A stretch of 64,000 nt of DNA from Macrostomum hystrix (Eukaryota; Animalia; Platyhelminthes), in assembly GCA_950097015.1 (NCBI GenBank), contig CATNEN010000033.1, positions 3,286,001-3,350,000 on the forward strand, given 5' to 3'. The position numbers and the translations under genes are program-made. How positions within the stretch are numbered: the stretch's first letter is position 1; each line of letters begins with the position of its first letter. The notes under the pieces were generated by a model, which saw nothing but the letters and a program-made list of their open reading frames with translations, was not told where the DNA came from and made no database searches. Below are positions 53,146-64,000 of this stretch, piece by piece.

Positions 53146-54018
53146 TTTATACGCACCATAAGGATACAGGTGCGTATCCTTATCTATTTCACAGGTAAAT
53201 CGCATTTTCTCATTTAGGAATATTAAAGGGCTTAAGGAGCTGCCTTCATCCTTTGTACATGGAGATGTGAAAGTTGTAGTTTTAGACAGGATCTGTAGTA
53301 TGGAACTACAGACATTCCAAGATGCAAGAGTACAAACCACTGCACCAGACTGCATAGAAACTACGGAAAACCGTTTTCTCATTTTCTAAACCCTGAATGC
53401 ACTGAATTATTAAAAAATCACTGAACTCTGCTTAGCAGAGAAGAAAGGCTTCGTTGCAAGGGCGTCGACGGTGCGAGGAGGTACTGGAAAAAAATCTGAA
53501 ATTCAAAAAGTTTTCCCTGTCGCAAGCATGAATAATGTAGGCTCGTCAATCACGTTGTTGTTTGCCCGGCCACAGGCACCACATTTGCAAACTTTGGTGC
53601 CTCATTTGAATTTCAAACAGAACCGAATTTTTTGTGTACACAGCTGCTCACTGTTGCCAGCGCGACACCTACCGCCAGAAGGTGAGAACTGTTCTCAATT
53701 AAGCACTGTTGAGAAGGCACGTTCAACCGGACGAATCGGCAAACAATAAAATCTACTCTGCGGTGAAAGACAATCAGTTTTTGTCTCGATTTTCTTAAAA
53801 AACTAAACCTGGGATTTCAGCGATTTGGGAATAGGGAACTTTTCTCAGCGGAATTGCATTTGATGTCTTTAATGATTCCAATCGGTTGAGGACTTCGTTG
53901 GATTGGGGATTTCAGTTGAATAGGATTTCAGAAGATTGGAGACATTTTGGAGATTAATGAAGTTTTTAATAGGATTTGTGAAGCTGAGACTTTAGAGGAT
54001 GAGACACTCTTGAACTAC

Positions 54019-54822
54019 GGTTAGAATTCTCTATGGAGGTTACCGATCCTCAGTACACTGACCTTCCTAACCCAACGAAATCCCAAACCCACTGAAATCC
54101 CAATCTACTGAAATCCCCAATCCTCTAAAATCCCAATCCACTGAAATCCCCAATCCACTGAAATCCCAATCTACTGAAATCCACAATCCTCTAAAATCCC
54201 AATCCACTGAAATCCCAATCCACTGAAATCCCAATCCACTGAAATCCCCAATCCACTGAAATCCCAATCCACTGAAATCCCCAATCCACTGAAATCCCAA
54301 TCCACTGAAATCACAATCCACTGAAATCCCCAATCCACTGAAATCCCAATCCACTGAAATCCCCAATCCACTGAAATCCCCTAATCCCTTGAAATTCTTC
54401 AGTCCAGTGGATTTGGGATTTTAGTAGATTGTGGATTTTGGTGGATTGTGGATTTTAGAGGATTGGGATTTCAGTGGGTTTGGGATTTCAGTGGATTGGG
54501 GATTTTAAAGGATTGGGGATTTCAGTGGCATTCGATATTAATGGATTCCAATTTTAAGGGATTGATTTGGGGATTTTAGGGGATTAGGGATTTCAGTAGA
54601 TTAGGGATTTCAGTGGATTGGGGATTTCAGTGGATTGGGGATTTCAGTGGATTGGGGATTTCAGTGGATTGGGGATTTCAGTGAATTGGGGATTTCAGTG
54701 GATTGGGGATTTCAGTGGATTGGGGATTTTAGTGGATTGGGGATTTCAGTGGGTTTGGGATTTCGGTGGGTTAGGAAGGTCAGTGTACTGAGGATCGGTA
54801 ACCTTTATAGAGAATTCTAGCC
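54019..54822. mobile_element. Foldback-type non-autonomous element (long inverted arms with 16-17-bp subrepeats)
   Basis: The left end GGTTAGAATTCTCTATGGAGGTTACCGATCCTCAGTACACTGACCTTCCTAACCCAACGAAATCCCAAACCCACTGAAATCCC is the near-perfect reverse complement of the right end. Internal (AATCCACTGAAATCCC)n flips orientation at about 54400. Confidence 0.8.
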
Positions 54823-55352
54823 AGTCTCAGTGTTGTGCCCATGAAAACTATGCTCAAATGAATAGTCCATAGTTATAACTAAAGACAGCATTAATCTAGA
54901 GTGAAGTCTTGCACACAGCGACAGCATGTGCTGCCCCGTAAGCGTGCACAAACTGTGCATGCCGTGCTGCTAATTTTAGAATAAAAAATCCAAACAAAAG
55001 AAGAAGAATTTATTTGATGGAGAACACGAACAAGCACTCATACGGCCACACATAGCAGACACGGCGTGGGTGGTTACCGAGAACCGCAGACTGTGGAAAC
55101 ACGCTCGGCCATTAAAGTGTCAACGAATTCCAGCCACACAGAAAATATAATGCTTTCTCCCTCCTTTCGCAAACTCAAAATAGAAGATACCCTTGGACAT
55201 GCGGTAGGCTGTGCACATAAGATTACATAACACATTCTATTGCTCTCGTTATCTAACAACAATGCTTTCTGCATTCTGCTCTGCGAGTATAGTCTAGTGA
55301 GAATTCTGCCTGAAACAATGATGACGTCACAGTCGTATCAGAAATCTGCGAA

Positions 55353-55388
55353 TATAGGTATAGGTATAGGTATAGGTATAGGTATAGG
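55353..55388. repeat. (TATAGG)n hexamer repeat
   Basis: Read directly. Confidence 0.9.
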
Positions 55389-56421
55389 CAGGCTATTAAC
55401 TAGCTATTGATAAAGGTTTACTTGCTTTGCTGGCAGCTTTGAAGTGGCTGCAACAGTTTTTTCTAATGCTGCAATTAAAGGCTTGGCAAGAAAATTATTT
55501 TACTCTTAGTTTCCAACAGCACTACAATGTCTCGCAGTCTTAAACAACTCAAAAACGAGTTTATACAATCCTATCGTACTACTAACATGGCTTCTTGATA
55601 GTAGCGAGTGTTGAACTTTAAGCTGAAATAGAACAGATAGTTTTAAAACAGGCTGTCCATTGAAACCATAAAAAAGCTGTTAAGAATAAAAAGATTAAAT
55701 TGAATTTATATTTTCAATAATTTCTACAAGTCCAATAGCAGGCAATAACAAAAGATGAAACGGAATTACTGCACAAGTGTGCGTGTTTGTGCGCGGTCAG
55801 TCTAAAGTAAAAGACACAACAATTTGGCGGCAAAGTGCTAAGAATGATTCTCGATTTGAAAAAATCAAAGTCCAAAAATATCCTACTTAAAGCAGTAGTA
55901 AGATAGGGGTTTTAAAATCGTACTTTTTATTTTGTCACGGCGTGTGACTAAAAACTGGGATCAGATATGCAATATGCGTGCTAAAATATCTGAAGATATA
56001 TTTTAAAAAATCTTCGCAATATCAGAGAAACATGTACAGCTTTCCTGTGGAGTAAAGAACCAATAATATTACACCTCGAATCGCTTAAGCCATTAACGTA
56101 CAGGTTTAATTAAGCAATAATTAACAAAACATGCTACCGCTAGTTCCATGATAAATTTTAGCAAGTAGAAAATCAAAGAAAAATATTTGGAATCAGTTGA
56201 TAAATGAAAATTCATACTTTCGAGTGAATGGTTTGATTGCAATAAAATAAAAAACTCACATGGCTATCCAACATTTCCTGGCTCATTATGCAACGGTCCT
56301 CCATTTGCAACAAAGAAACGCCACAAGCAATAAAAGCATCACTAAATATCAAAAAGAGTTTACCGCAGGGGTTGCTGCTCTGAGATTCAAACTTTGATAG
56401 AAGAACAAAATAAGAATTTAT

Positions 56422-58813
56422 TTAAATCAGCACTGAACTGCCGTGAACACCTCCTGGAAATAAACCTGCATCGACACTGTCGTTAGTGACCCCGCTTCTG
56501 GCTCCAGGCGATGTGGCACTGACATAGGACGGCTGACGAGGCAGACTGGCTCCAGGAGAGGGAGAAGTCACGTGACGCTGAATGCTGGGTGGACCAACGG
56601 CCGCTGCCACCGACGCTGCCTCGTTTCTGGTACTCACAAAAATCGGCTTGAGCTCGCCAGGAGTTCGGTACTGCTGCTGCTGCTGCGGCCCGCCTCGAAG
56701 ACTGAGCCTGGAGCCGCTGTCAAGCTGATCAAGGCCCGCAAACGCCGCTTCTGGCGATATCGGCGCTCGACTGCGAGACATTGACTGCTGCTGCTGGTTG
56801 CTGTTTCTCATTGGGCGGTGCTGCTGCTGGCTGACTGTTCTCACCTGTGCCGGCTGCTGAGAGAATGGCAACGCCTGCGGCGGCTTCTGCAGCGGCCGCA
56901 TTGAAGTCTGCGTCGCCGGGGGTGGCGGCGGAGGTGGCTCAGAATCCACCAGCATTGGGGACGGCGGCGGCGGAAACTCGTCCTCATTGTAGTCCATCGG
57001 CGGCCGCTGACTTTGCAACGGCTGCTGCAGCATGAACAGCGGAGCCGCGCCTGACGCGTAGGGAGTGGCGGGCCCCGCAGTGCCGGCTGCCACCGACTCC
57101 GAAGACAGTCGGAAGGTTCGATTTACGACGCCGCCGCCATTTTTGATACCCAACTGCGGTACAAACGGCTGGGGTTGAAACAGCTGAGGCGCTGGAGGAG
57201 GCGGCGGTGGCGGATCGTCGAATTCGTCGTCCCGTGAATAAGCCAGGTTGTCATGGTAACCAATGGCCGAAGAAGGACGAGGAATCGCGGCCGCAGTTGG
57301 CGCCAGACTGCCGACCGGCTGAGCGGTGGTGGCAGCTGCGGCTCGCCTGCGATTTTGCTTGCGCTTGCGCCCGCTGCTTCCAGCACTTCGATGCCGCCTC
57401 CTAGGCTGCTGCTGCTGCTTCTGCTGCTGCCGTCTGCGTCTAGAATCAACACCGTCCAGAAAGGACGCAGCCGAATAGGGCGGCGGTCTGGCATCGTCAA
57501 AGAACTCGCTGGCGTCGCCATCATCGCTTTCGTCAGACTGCGGCGGAGGCGGCAGCTGCTGAGGCGGCGGCGGCACGGCCGTGACTTGAAGCTCTACCCA
57601 GGGCAGGGGGTCGCGCATAACGCTGCTTCGCCGACTGCCGGCGGAGCGTCGACCCAACGAGTTGTCAGCGTAGTGTCCGTCAGCGACGGCCGAAGACAGA
57701 CTGGCGGCTGTAGGGCCCTCCAGTTGGTCGCCGTTGCCATCGCGCCGTCGGGTCATTCTGCGGCCGGGCCTGGCCTTAGCGAAGCTGGAGTCGGCAGACA
57801 CTGGCAGATAGGCGGCTGCCATGATTGGCTGGTCGAATTTTCGCAGCTCCTCGCGCAGCTGACAGGCCAGGCAGGCGAGGAGCATCAGGCTGAGCAGGGC
57901 GACCCCGCCACTGGCGATGCAGTGAAGCAGCTCGGCTGTGCGATAGTCAACTAGGCACCACCAGGCTGATGACGTACCATTGCTGCTGCCTAGCAACGGA
58001 ACGGGAAGCCTTAGCTGAAGCCCATAGTCTGAGCAGCCCAGCAGCAGCCGGTACCAGTAGCTGGTCTTCCCGGTGCCCCAGTGAAGCACACTGGCTGCCC
58101 TGTCTAGCAGTCCATTGACATCCAGGTAATAGCAGATTAGGAAGGCATTCCAGCCAATCCAGGCCAGCAGCCAGGCGCCAACCGCGTAGCAGAAGCCGGG
58201 CCTGAGCTGGCAGACTGCAGCCACAGCGAATAGGCAGCTCAACAAGGTGGCAAAGTCGAATATGCAGCCAGTCCATTGGAAGCCCAGCAGGTCCAGGACT
58301 AGGCGCTCTACACAGATGGCCTGATAAATAGAGCAGGAGTAAAAGTAAAAAATAGCAAAAAGGAAACGCTACAAGTATACAATATTCCAAATTAAAAGTT
58401 TTTTTCTCTTTCTAACTTTCTCAAAGTGCTGTAACTAAATCATTTTATGTGTATTTTATTAGGAAAAGTGGAGGAAATAGTTATAAATTTGAAAAAAGTC
58501 CGAACAAACGATTACAGCAACTTATTTATTTGTTTATATATGTTGCAACAGAAACAAATTTATTTAGCAACATATTTATTTTTACTTTCTATATTTTTAT
58601 ATACAAAATTAAGGTTGTTTAAACTTTATCAATAGTATATTTTGCTAGCTAAAAGTTCGAGGAAGAATGTTGAAGCTAAAATAAAAAATTGATGAAAAAT
58701 AAGCAATATATTCAGTAATTTTGAATGCTTACCATCAAAAAAAGTGTCACAGTGACAGACACAGTTTTCAAGCAACAGGAGGCACAAGTTGGTGAATCGC
58801 AGCAATAAGCCAT
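56422..58813 (-). CDS. NKAIN: Na+/K+-ATPase beta-interacting protein (NKAIN) with a long Pro/Gln-rich tail, 2 exons, about 659 aa
   Basis: Exon 58813-58733 (MAYCCDSPTCASCCLKTVSVTVTLFLM, donor GTAAGC) and exon 58320-56422, phase 0. ERLVLDLLGFQW, QLRP, W..W..WNAFLICYYL, YW....GC and CLVDY..AE..H match NKAIN family motifs. Confidence 0.9.
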
Positions 58814-60469
58814 TCTAATTTAGTATAATTATTTCAAAGCACAAGGTGGTCCCAAACTAGCTTTTAATGTTATGGATTTCAAAATAGAACAGTTACACTA
58901 AAAGCACAATCAAAACGAGCTCAGTGGCTGAAAATGCATATGATAAGCTAAGTACTCTTGCTTAAACACTACCACTTATAGGTTACTAACAAGCAATTAA
59001 GCCTGACATGAGTTTCCTTGCTGTAATTGTCGTGTGTACATTATTATATGCCGCATAAAATATGATGTCCACTATAAAGAAAGAAAAGAACATTATGCGA
59101 CTTTTTAGTGGGATGTAATGGACTAACATTGATGAAACCTAATTAAAAATGTCTTCCTAGCCGTTTAAATTCACAGCACTATACAAACACATGTACAGTA
59201 TAACAAAGCACTATATATATATGATAAAATACTTGTAATAAAATGTACGATAATCGAATCCAAGCAGCAAAAATTTCAATACATAAATTTTTTTGGTGTA
59301 AACAAGAGTTTTCTACTCAAGCGAAGTACATTCGGATAAAAATTAAAATAATCGCCAGAGTCTAACCGAGATCAGCTTGATTGACCGTTATTATACTCGT
59401 ATGAATCTGACCTATTAATTTGCTTAGATTATAATATGGCTTAAGTTTATATTCTTGTCCTATAAGAACAAACTATCTCTCTACGAGCAAAAGAGCTATT
59501 TAATTAAACTTCATTTTGAGAATTAAGACATGGATTCAGCCGCTGCAGGCTGCAGTTTTTATTATAAGTTTTCACTATTCAGTCATCCATAAATTCCATG
59601 TTTTCGCCTAACCTTCCCAAGTGAGATAAAAGTATGTGTCCTTATTTTTAATTTCTAAAAGCAGTTACAGAAGTATCCATTCCTAGTATAGCAGAAATGT
59701 AATATTTACTAATGTTATTTTAAGCAATGTAGTGCTGGGTAAAATAATTTTACTGTTTTAAAGCGTCTAGTAATTTGATTACAGTTTTTTATGAGCATAT
59801 GTGCTTTCCGAAAAATTGTAAATTTTATAAGAATATTATCAGACTTGGAACACAGAAATCTAGTGTTTTTAGTGTTCTTGTTTGCTTAACAATACCTTTA
59901 TGACTTAATTTATTGTAGAACCAAAAAAACAATTTTATAAAATAAATTGATGAGTCGTTTTGCTAAAGTAAGAAGTTTTATACAAATAGCCAAGTATTAG
60001 TTAAGTAATAGTAAAAATAGTCTATAACTGTATAAAGATACAATTCATTTGCATATCTTTGCATTTTTGCAGTGTTTTTTAGATGATTTTCATGTATGAG
60101 TAAGTGTTTTAATTTTTTACTGAATAAAACTAATTAATGTGTGGATAACAATTCTTTTTTAATGAGTGGTTGGCAGTATAACTAGTCCATTTCAGCAGCT
60201 ATGCTAGGTTGTGGCTACATAATATTAAATTTTTTTAATGTAACTTCTTAACTATATGAAATATGTGATGGAATTAAGCATAATTGAGTCATAGCAAATA
60301 TTTTTAAGCATTCAGCGAGTTCTGTCCTACTTCAGACTTCTGACTGAGACCATTACTTATCCATTTTTAAAAGCTTATAATGTAGATAAAATAATCATTT
60401 ACCAGATGAGAAAGCAGGTTCTGGATGAAAAAATACCCGAAATAAATTTCAGCTGAGTCGCTGTCAGTG

Positions 60470-61858
60470 ATGTCGGGCGCAGGTCGCAACACAGGCAACT
60501 ACGATCATCGGGCTCGTCGGCAGCGGCAACTGGGGGATCAACTGACTGACGACGACGTTTCGCTGCGCTACCGAGCCTCCCTGGCTGACCTGGCGCACGA
60601 ATTTAGCGAGTCCGCTGCCCCACCTGCCAATCATCGACAATCGACTCGCCCATCTGGGACCGTCGGCGCCGGCGCAAACGGCGACATGAGCAATTTCATG
60701 CGAGACATTCAGCGCTGGGCGGACGGACGAGACCTCGCCGACACAGGCCCGGATGCCCCGCTGGTGACTGCCAAGAATCCTGAATGGCTGAAATTTAAGA
60801 GAGATCTAGAGCGGCTGCGGATTTTCCGTGATGCACCGCTGAGGGACGCCAGCCCAGTCGGCTCTCTCGCCAGCGCAGAAAACAGAATTCGCGGGCCAGA
60901 TGCAATCTTGGACCAAGAGCCCGAGCACGACGACGAATATGGTTCGCATCGGCGGGGTCGGCATCAGAGCGCATCTCTGGGCCAGGCTCTGGGTCGCTCG
61001 TGCACGACCCAGTCCCGGTCGCCTGTTAATCATCATCGCAGCGATCGACTTGGACGTCGCGTGGTTAGTGCGTCGACAAGCAATCCCGGCCATCAGGTGT
61101 CGCCGGAGGCCGTCTATCAGAATCTGCTCCGGTCGACCAGTGCGCGCCAGGTCAACCGCTTGGTTAGTAGACGAAGAAGCCCGATAGCGAGCACTCCCAG
61201 TTACAGCAACAGGAGCAGTAGAGCCTTGTCGCCAAGCTCAGTTGGAGGCACCGCGGCGGCACGCTATTCGCGGCGGGATAGTTTTGACAATGCCACTAGG
61301 GGAAATCGCAACCAACGCAGCCTGTTGCTGGACGTCCGCCGACGCCGCCGCGACCTTAAAGACAACGTCGACGTGAGCGAAGACGACGACGAAGACGGTA
61401 TCGATGAAGACTTCGCCCAGCGACTGGAAAACTTTCTGGCTTTGAGACGGTTGCGGCGTCAGGAGAAGCGACAGTCCATAGGCACGGCCTCCGTAGCCGC
61501 GTCCGCTGCGGCCACTTACTCGCCGCCAAGTAGAATCACTCGTCATCGCACCGTCAGGACACCACCGCCACATGCGCGCCTGCCGGAGTACCTGTGGCAG
61601 CTGGACTCGCCATCTCTCGGCCACCTGCGCCAATCCGTGGCTTCTTCGCGCTCACCGTCTCCGCAGCGGCAGGTACCGCTGCCTCCACCGCCGCCACCGC
61701 AGCTTCGCTCTTTTTCGTCTCGCGATTACACCGTCTTTCGTCGGCCGACAAATCCACCACCTCGTTCAACAGCGGCTCGCGTTAGCAGCGGAGATAAGCG
61801 CGACCGCCGGACCGAGCCAGACTCATCAACTGCGACCAAGTGGCCTCGCCGCTGGTAG
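60470..61858 (+). CDS. Hypothetical Arg/Ser-rich protein, about 462 aa (may lack an upstream exon)
   Basis: 1.4-kb GC-rich open frame in AT-rich flanks. Acceptor TTTCAG ends 60452, and the frame is open from there to the ATG. No domain recognised. Confidence 0.72.
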   Translation: MSGAGRNTGNYDHRARRQRQLGDQLTDDDVSLRYRASLADLAHEFSESAAPPANHRQSTRPSGTVGAGANGDMSNFMRDIQRWADGRDLADTGPDAPLVTAKNPEWLKFKRDLERLRIFRDAPLRDASPVGSLASAENRIRGPDAILDQEPEHDDEYGSHRRGRHQSASLGQALGRSCTTQSRSPVNHHRSDRLGRRVVSASTSNPGHQVSPEAVYQNLLRSTSARQVNRLVSRRRSPIASTPSYSNRSSRALSPSSVGGTAAARYSRRDSFDNATRGNRNQRSLLLDVRRRRRDLKDNVDVSEDDDEDGIDEDFAQRLENFLALRRLRRQEKRQSIGTASVAASAAATYSPPSRITRHRTVRTPPPHARLPEYLWQLDSPSLGHLRQSVASSRSPSPQRQVPLPPPPPPQLRSFSSRDYTVFRRPTNPPPRSTAARVSSGDKRDRRTEPDSSTATKWPRRW

Positions 61859-62439
61859 TGTTGCCATGAAAACTTGTTTTGAAAAGTGACAATTGTTAGT
61901 TAGTCGTTTCTGCTTTCTTGCTTCTTGCATGCGTCATCTTTGTGAGCCATAAGGCGAAATGTTATTCGAGTGTTGTTGAAGAATATCTACAATTTTTTAG
62001 TTTGATTCTTCTCAGAGGCGGTATTTACTTCCGACTGTTACGTTTGCATTTTGTTTGCGTCGTTAGTGAAGTTTTTAATTTTTTTATTTCTTTATTCATT
62101 TCCAAGTATGTAAGTTGCAATTCATATCCCTGTGTTAAATAAACCAGGCTCAGTTTAAAATTGAAAGTGCGCAGTTGGCAGAATGCTCGATCAGTTTTGT
62201 GTGACTTCTGGAGTAAAAGTGGGTTTTTGCCAGTATTCGGCTATTTTAGCTTCCTTTGCTTGTGAAAGGTTTTTATTTTATTCATTTTATACTACTATTA
62301 GACGTAGAAAGCGTTTTAGAGTGAACGAAACTAAAGTGCTAGAGTGCACACATAAAACCTGTATTTTGTACCAGAAACCGTACTTTTGGTCTTTTTGGTG
62401 CATGCGGTACTTTTGGAAAGCCCGGGTTTCGAGTGTCTG

Positions 62440-62710
62440 GGATGTTGGGAAAGCTAAAGTTTCTAGAATTTGGGATTCTGGAAAGTTAAGTTTCTAGGAT
62501 TTGGGATTTGGGAAAGCTAGAGTTTCTAAAGATTGGGATTCGGGAAAGCTAGAGTTTCTAGAATCTGGGATTCTGGAAAGTTTAAGTTTCTAGGATTTAG
62601 GATTCGGGAAAGCTAGAGTTTCTAAAAATTGGGATTCGGGAAAGCTAGAGTTTCTAAAGATTGGGATTCAGGAAAGCTAGAGTTTCTAGAATCTGGGATT
62701 TTAGAAAGCG
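62440..62710. repeat. 32-bp degenerate minisatellite (GGGAAAGCTAGAGTTTCTAAAGATTGGGATTC)n
   Basis: Period 32 (62521 vs 62553). Confidence 0.9.
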
Positions 62711-63661
62711 GGTTCACGAATAGAAATGGAAAAGAGGATTTTAAACGCGCATAAAGCTTTTGAAAATGAAAGCCGTAATAAATTGCTTCAGTGTAAGTTG
62801 AATAAATTTCTTGCTATTTGTCGAGCAGCAATGCCTGCTTAGAGCTAGAATACAGTGAAATCGCTGTGTCTGTGTCCCGTGTCCCAATATCCGAGCTCGC
62901 AGTTACTGTGGCATTTTATAGCGATTAATAAGCTGTCCTCTGCGAATTTACCTGCTGCTGCTGCTTCTGTTGTTGTTGTGCTAATGGCAGAATGATAATC
63001 AGGTGATAAAGAGTGATTTATGACTGTTGCATTTTGTAGCGGCTGGTAGCTATCGACTTTGGCTACATCTGCATCGGGTAGGATTGGGATATCCTGGGTG
63101 GGATCCTCTGCTAATAACAAGGTGCCCGCTTGTCCAGTTGCTAGCGAAGCGCGAGCTAATGCCTACCTAGGATTAACAAGCTCCACAGCGCTGCGCATCG
63201 GGCACGGGATGCGGAAATTAAGTCGGAATTATTCCTCTTGAATGGGATCACACGCGCACTGGGCCAGTCGAATCATGGGGCTGCGCACCTGCGCTTGCCA
63301 AAGCTTGCCTCGGGGCAGTTAGGCATGGGAATAGATGGCCAAGTTGCGATTCGGGCCACTGCAAGGTCTGGGCTGATCGCAGCGAAGAGAGCGGAAGGAA
63401 ATTCTGGGGCAAGGGAAAAAAGGAGAAAAGAAGGGTCTAAGATGCTCTTTCTTCTGCTTAGTGCTTCTGATTAGTGATCGGGACCCGCTTTCGTTTGGTT
63501 ACAGTAGCAGCAAGTTTTGCGATTAACAATCTTCTTCATTTGGCCTTCGAGCTCGTAAAATCAATGTAACTTTTGCTTTGTAAAGTTCATTATAAATTTG
63601 TGCTTCTATTTTTGCCATTGCTGTCTAGCCTTATCTTGTAGCATTCCGAATTCCTTATTGA

Positions 63662-64000
63662 GATCTGTGACTGTGAATGAATGTGAGGATTGGGATCTGT
63701 GACTGTGAATGAATGTGAGGATTTGGATCTGTGACTGTGAATGAGTGTGAGGATTGGGATCTGTGACTGTGAATGAGTGTGAGGATTGGGATCTGTGACT
63801 GTGAATGAATGTGAGGATTTGGATCTGTGACTGTGAATGAGTGTGAGGATTGGGATCTGTTACTGTGAATGAATGTGAGTATTGGGATCTGTGACTGTGA
63901 ATGAGTGTGAGGATTGGGATCTGTGACTGTGAATGAGTGTGAGGATTGGGATCTGTTACTGTGAATGAATGTGAGGATTGGGATCTGTGACTGAATGAAT
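63662..64000. repeat. 32-bp minisatellite (GATCTGTGACTGTGAATGAATGTGAGGATTGG)n, runs off the window
   Basis: Period 32 (63662 vs 63694). Confidence 0.95.

Noticed and set aside
39122-60830. Shared W...RDLERL[KR]xF motif in the 122-aa and 462-aa orphans
   Set aside because: Short, spacing differs, no other similarity, and it does not fit the PP1 RVxF consensus; probably chance.
62845-63420. Minus-strand ORF pieces with a strong acceptor near 63405 and an FGKRR neuropeptide-like site
   Set aside because: Stops interrupt every frame and no consistent exon model could be built.

Overview
This is eukaryotic (metazoan) genomic DNA, not prokaryotic. GC-rich, Ala/Gln/Pro-rich spliced exons sit in AT-rich spacers with about 25 unrelated minisatellite arrays, a style resembling the flatworm Macrostomum (inference). 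Recognisable genes: the last exon of an auxilin/GAK J-domain gene, a 2-exon ETS transcription factor, a 5-exon hillarin/KY transglutaminase-like gene, a 5-exon PP1 catalytic subunit (beta-like), B9D1 and NKAIN. I also built several orphan genes by hand, including a type I membrane protein with an Ig domain carrying a six-cysteine insert. Most long ORFs in the supplied track are translated tandem repeats. Best second-look items: an 804-bp foldback element with subrepeat-filled arms; a frameshift or uORF arrangement at the ETS 5' end; introns that are almost entirely minisatellite, one with about 40 decoy 3' splice sites; splice acceptors just upstream of start codons (possible SL trans-splicing or an operon around B9D1); and back-to-back tRNA-derived SINEs. 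No CRISPR array, rRNA or intact tRNA was seen. I cannot support a wholly new biological system from the sequence alone.
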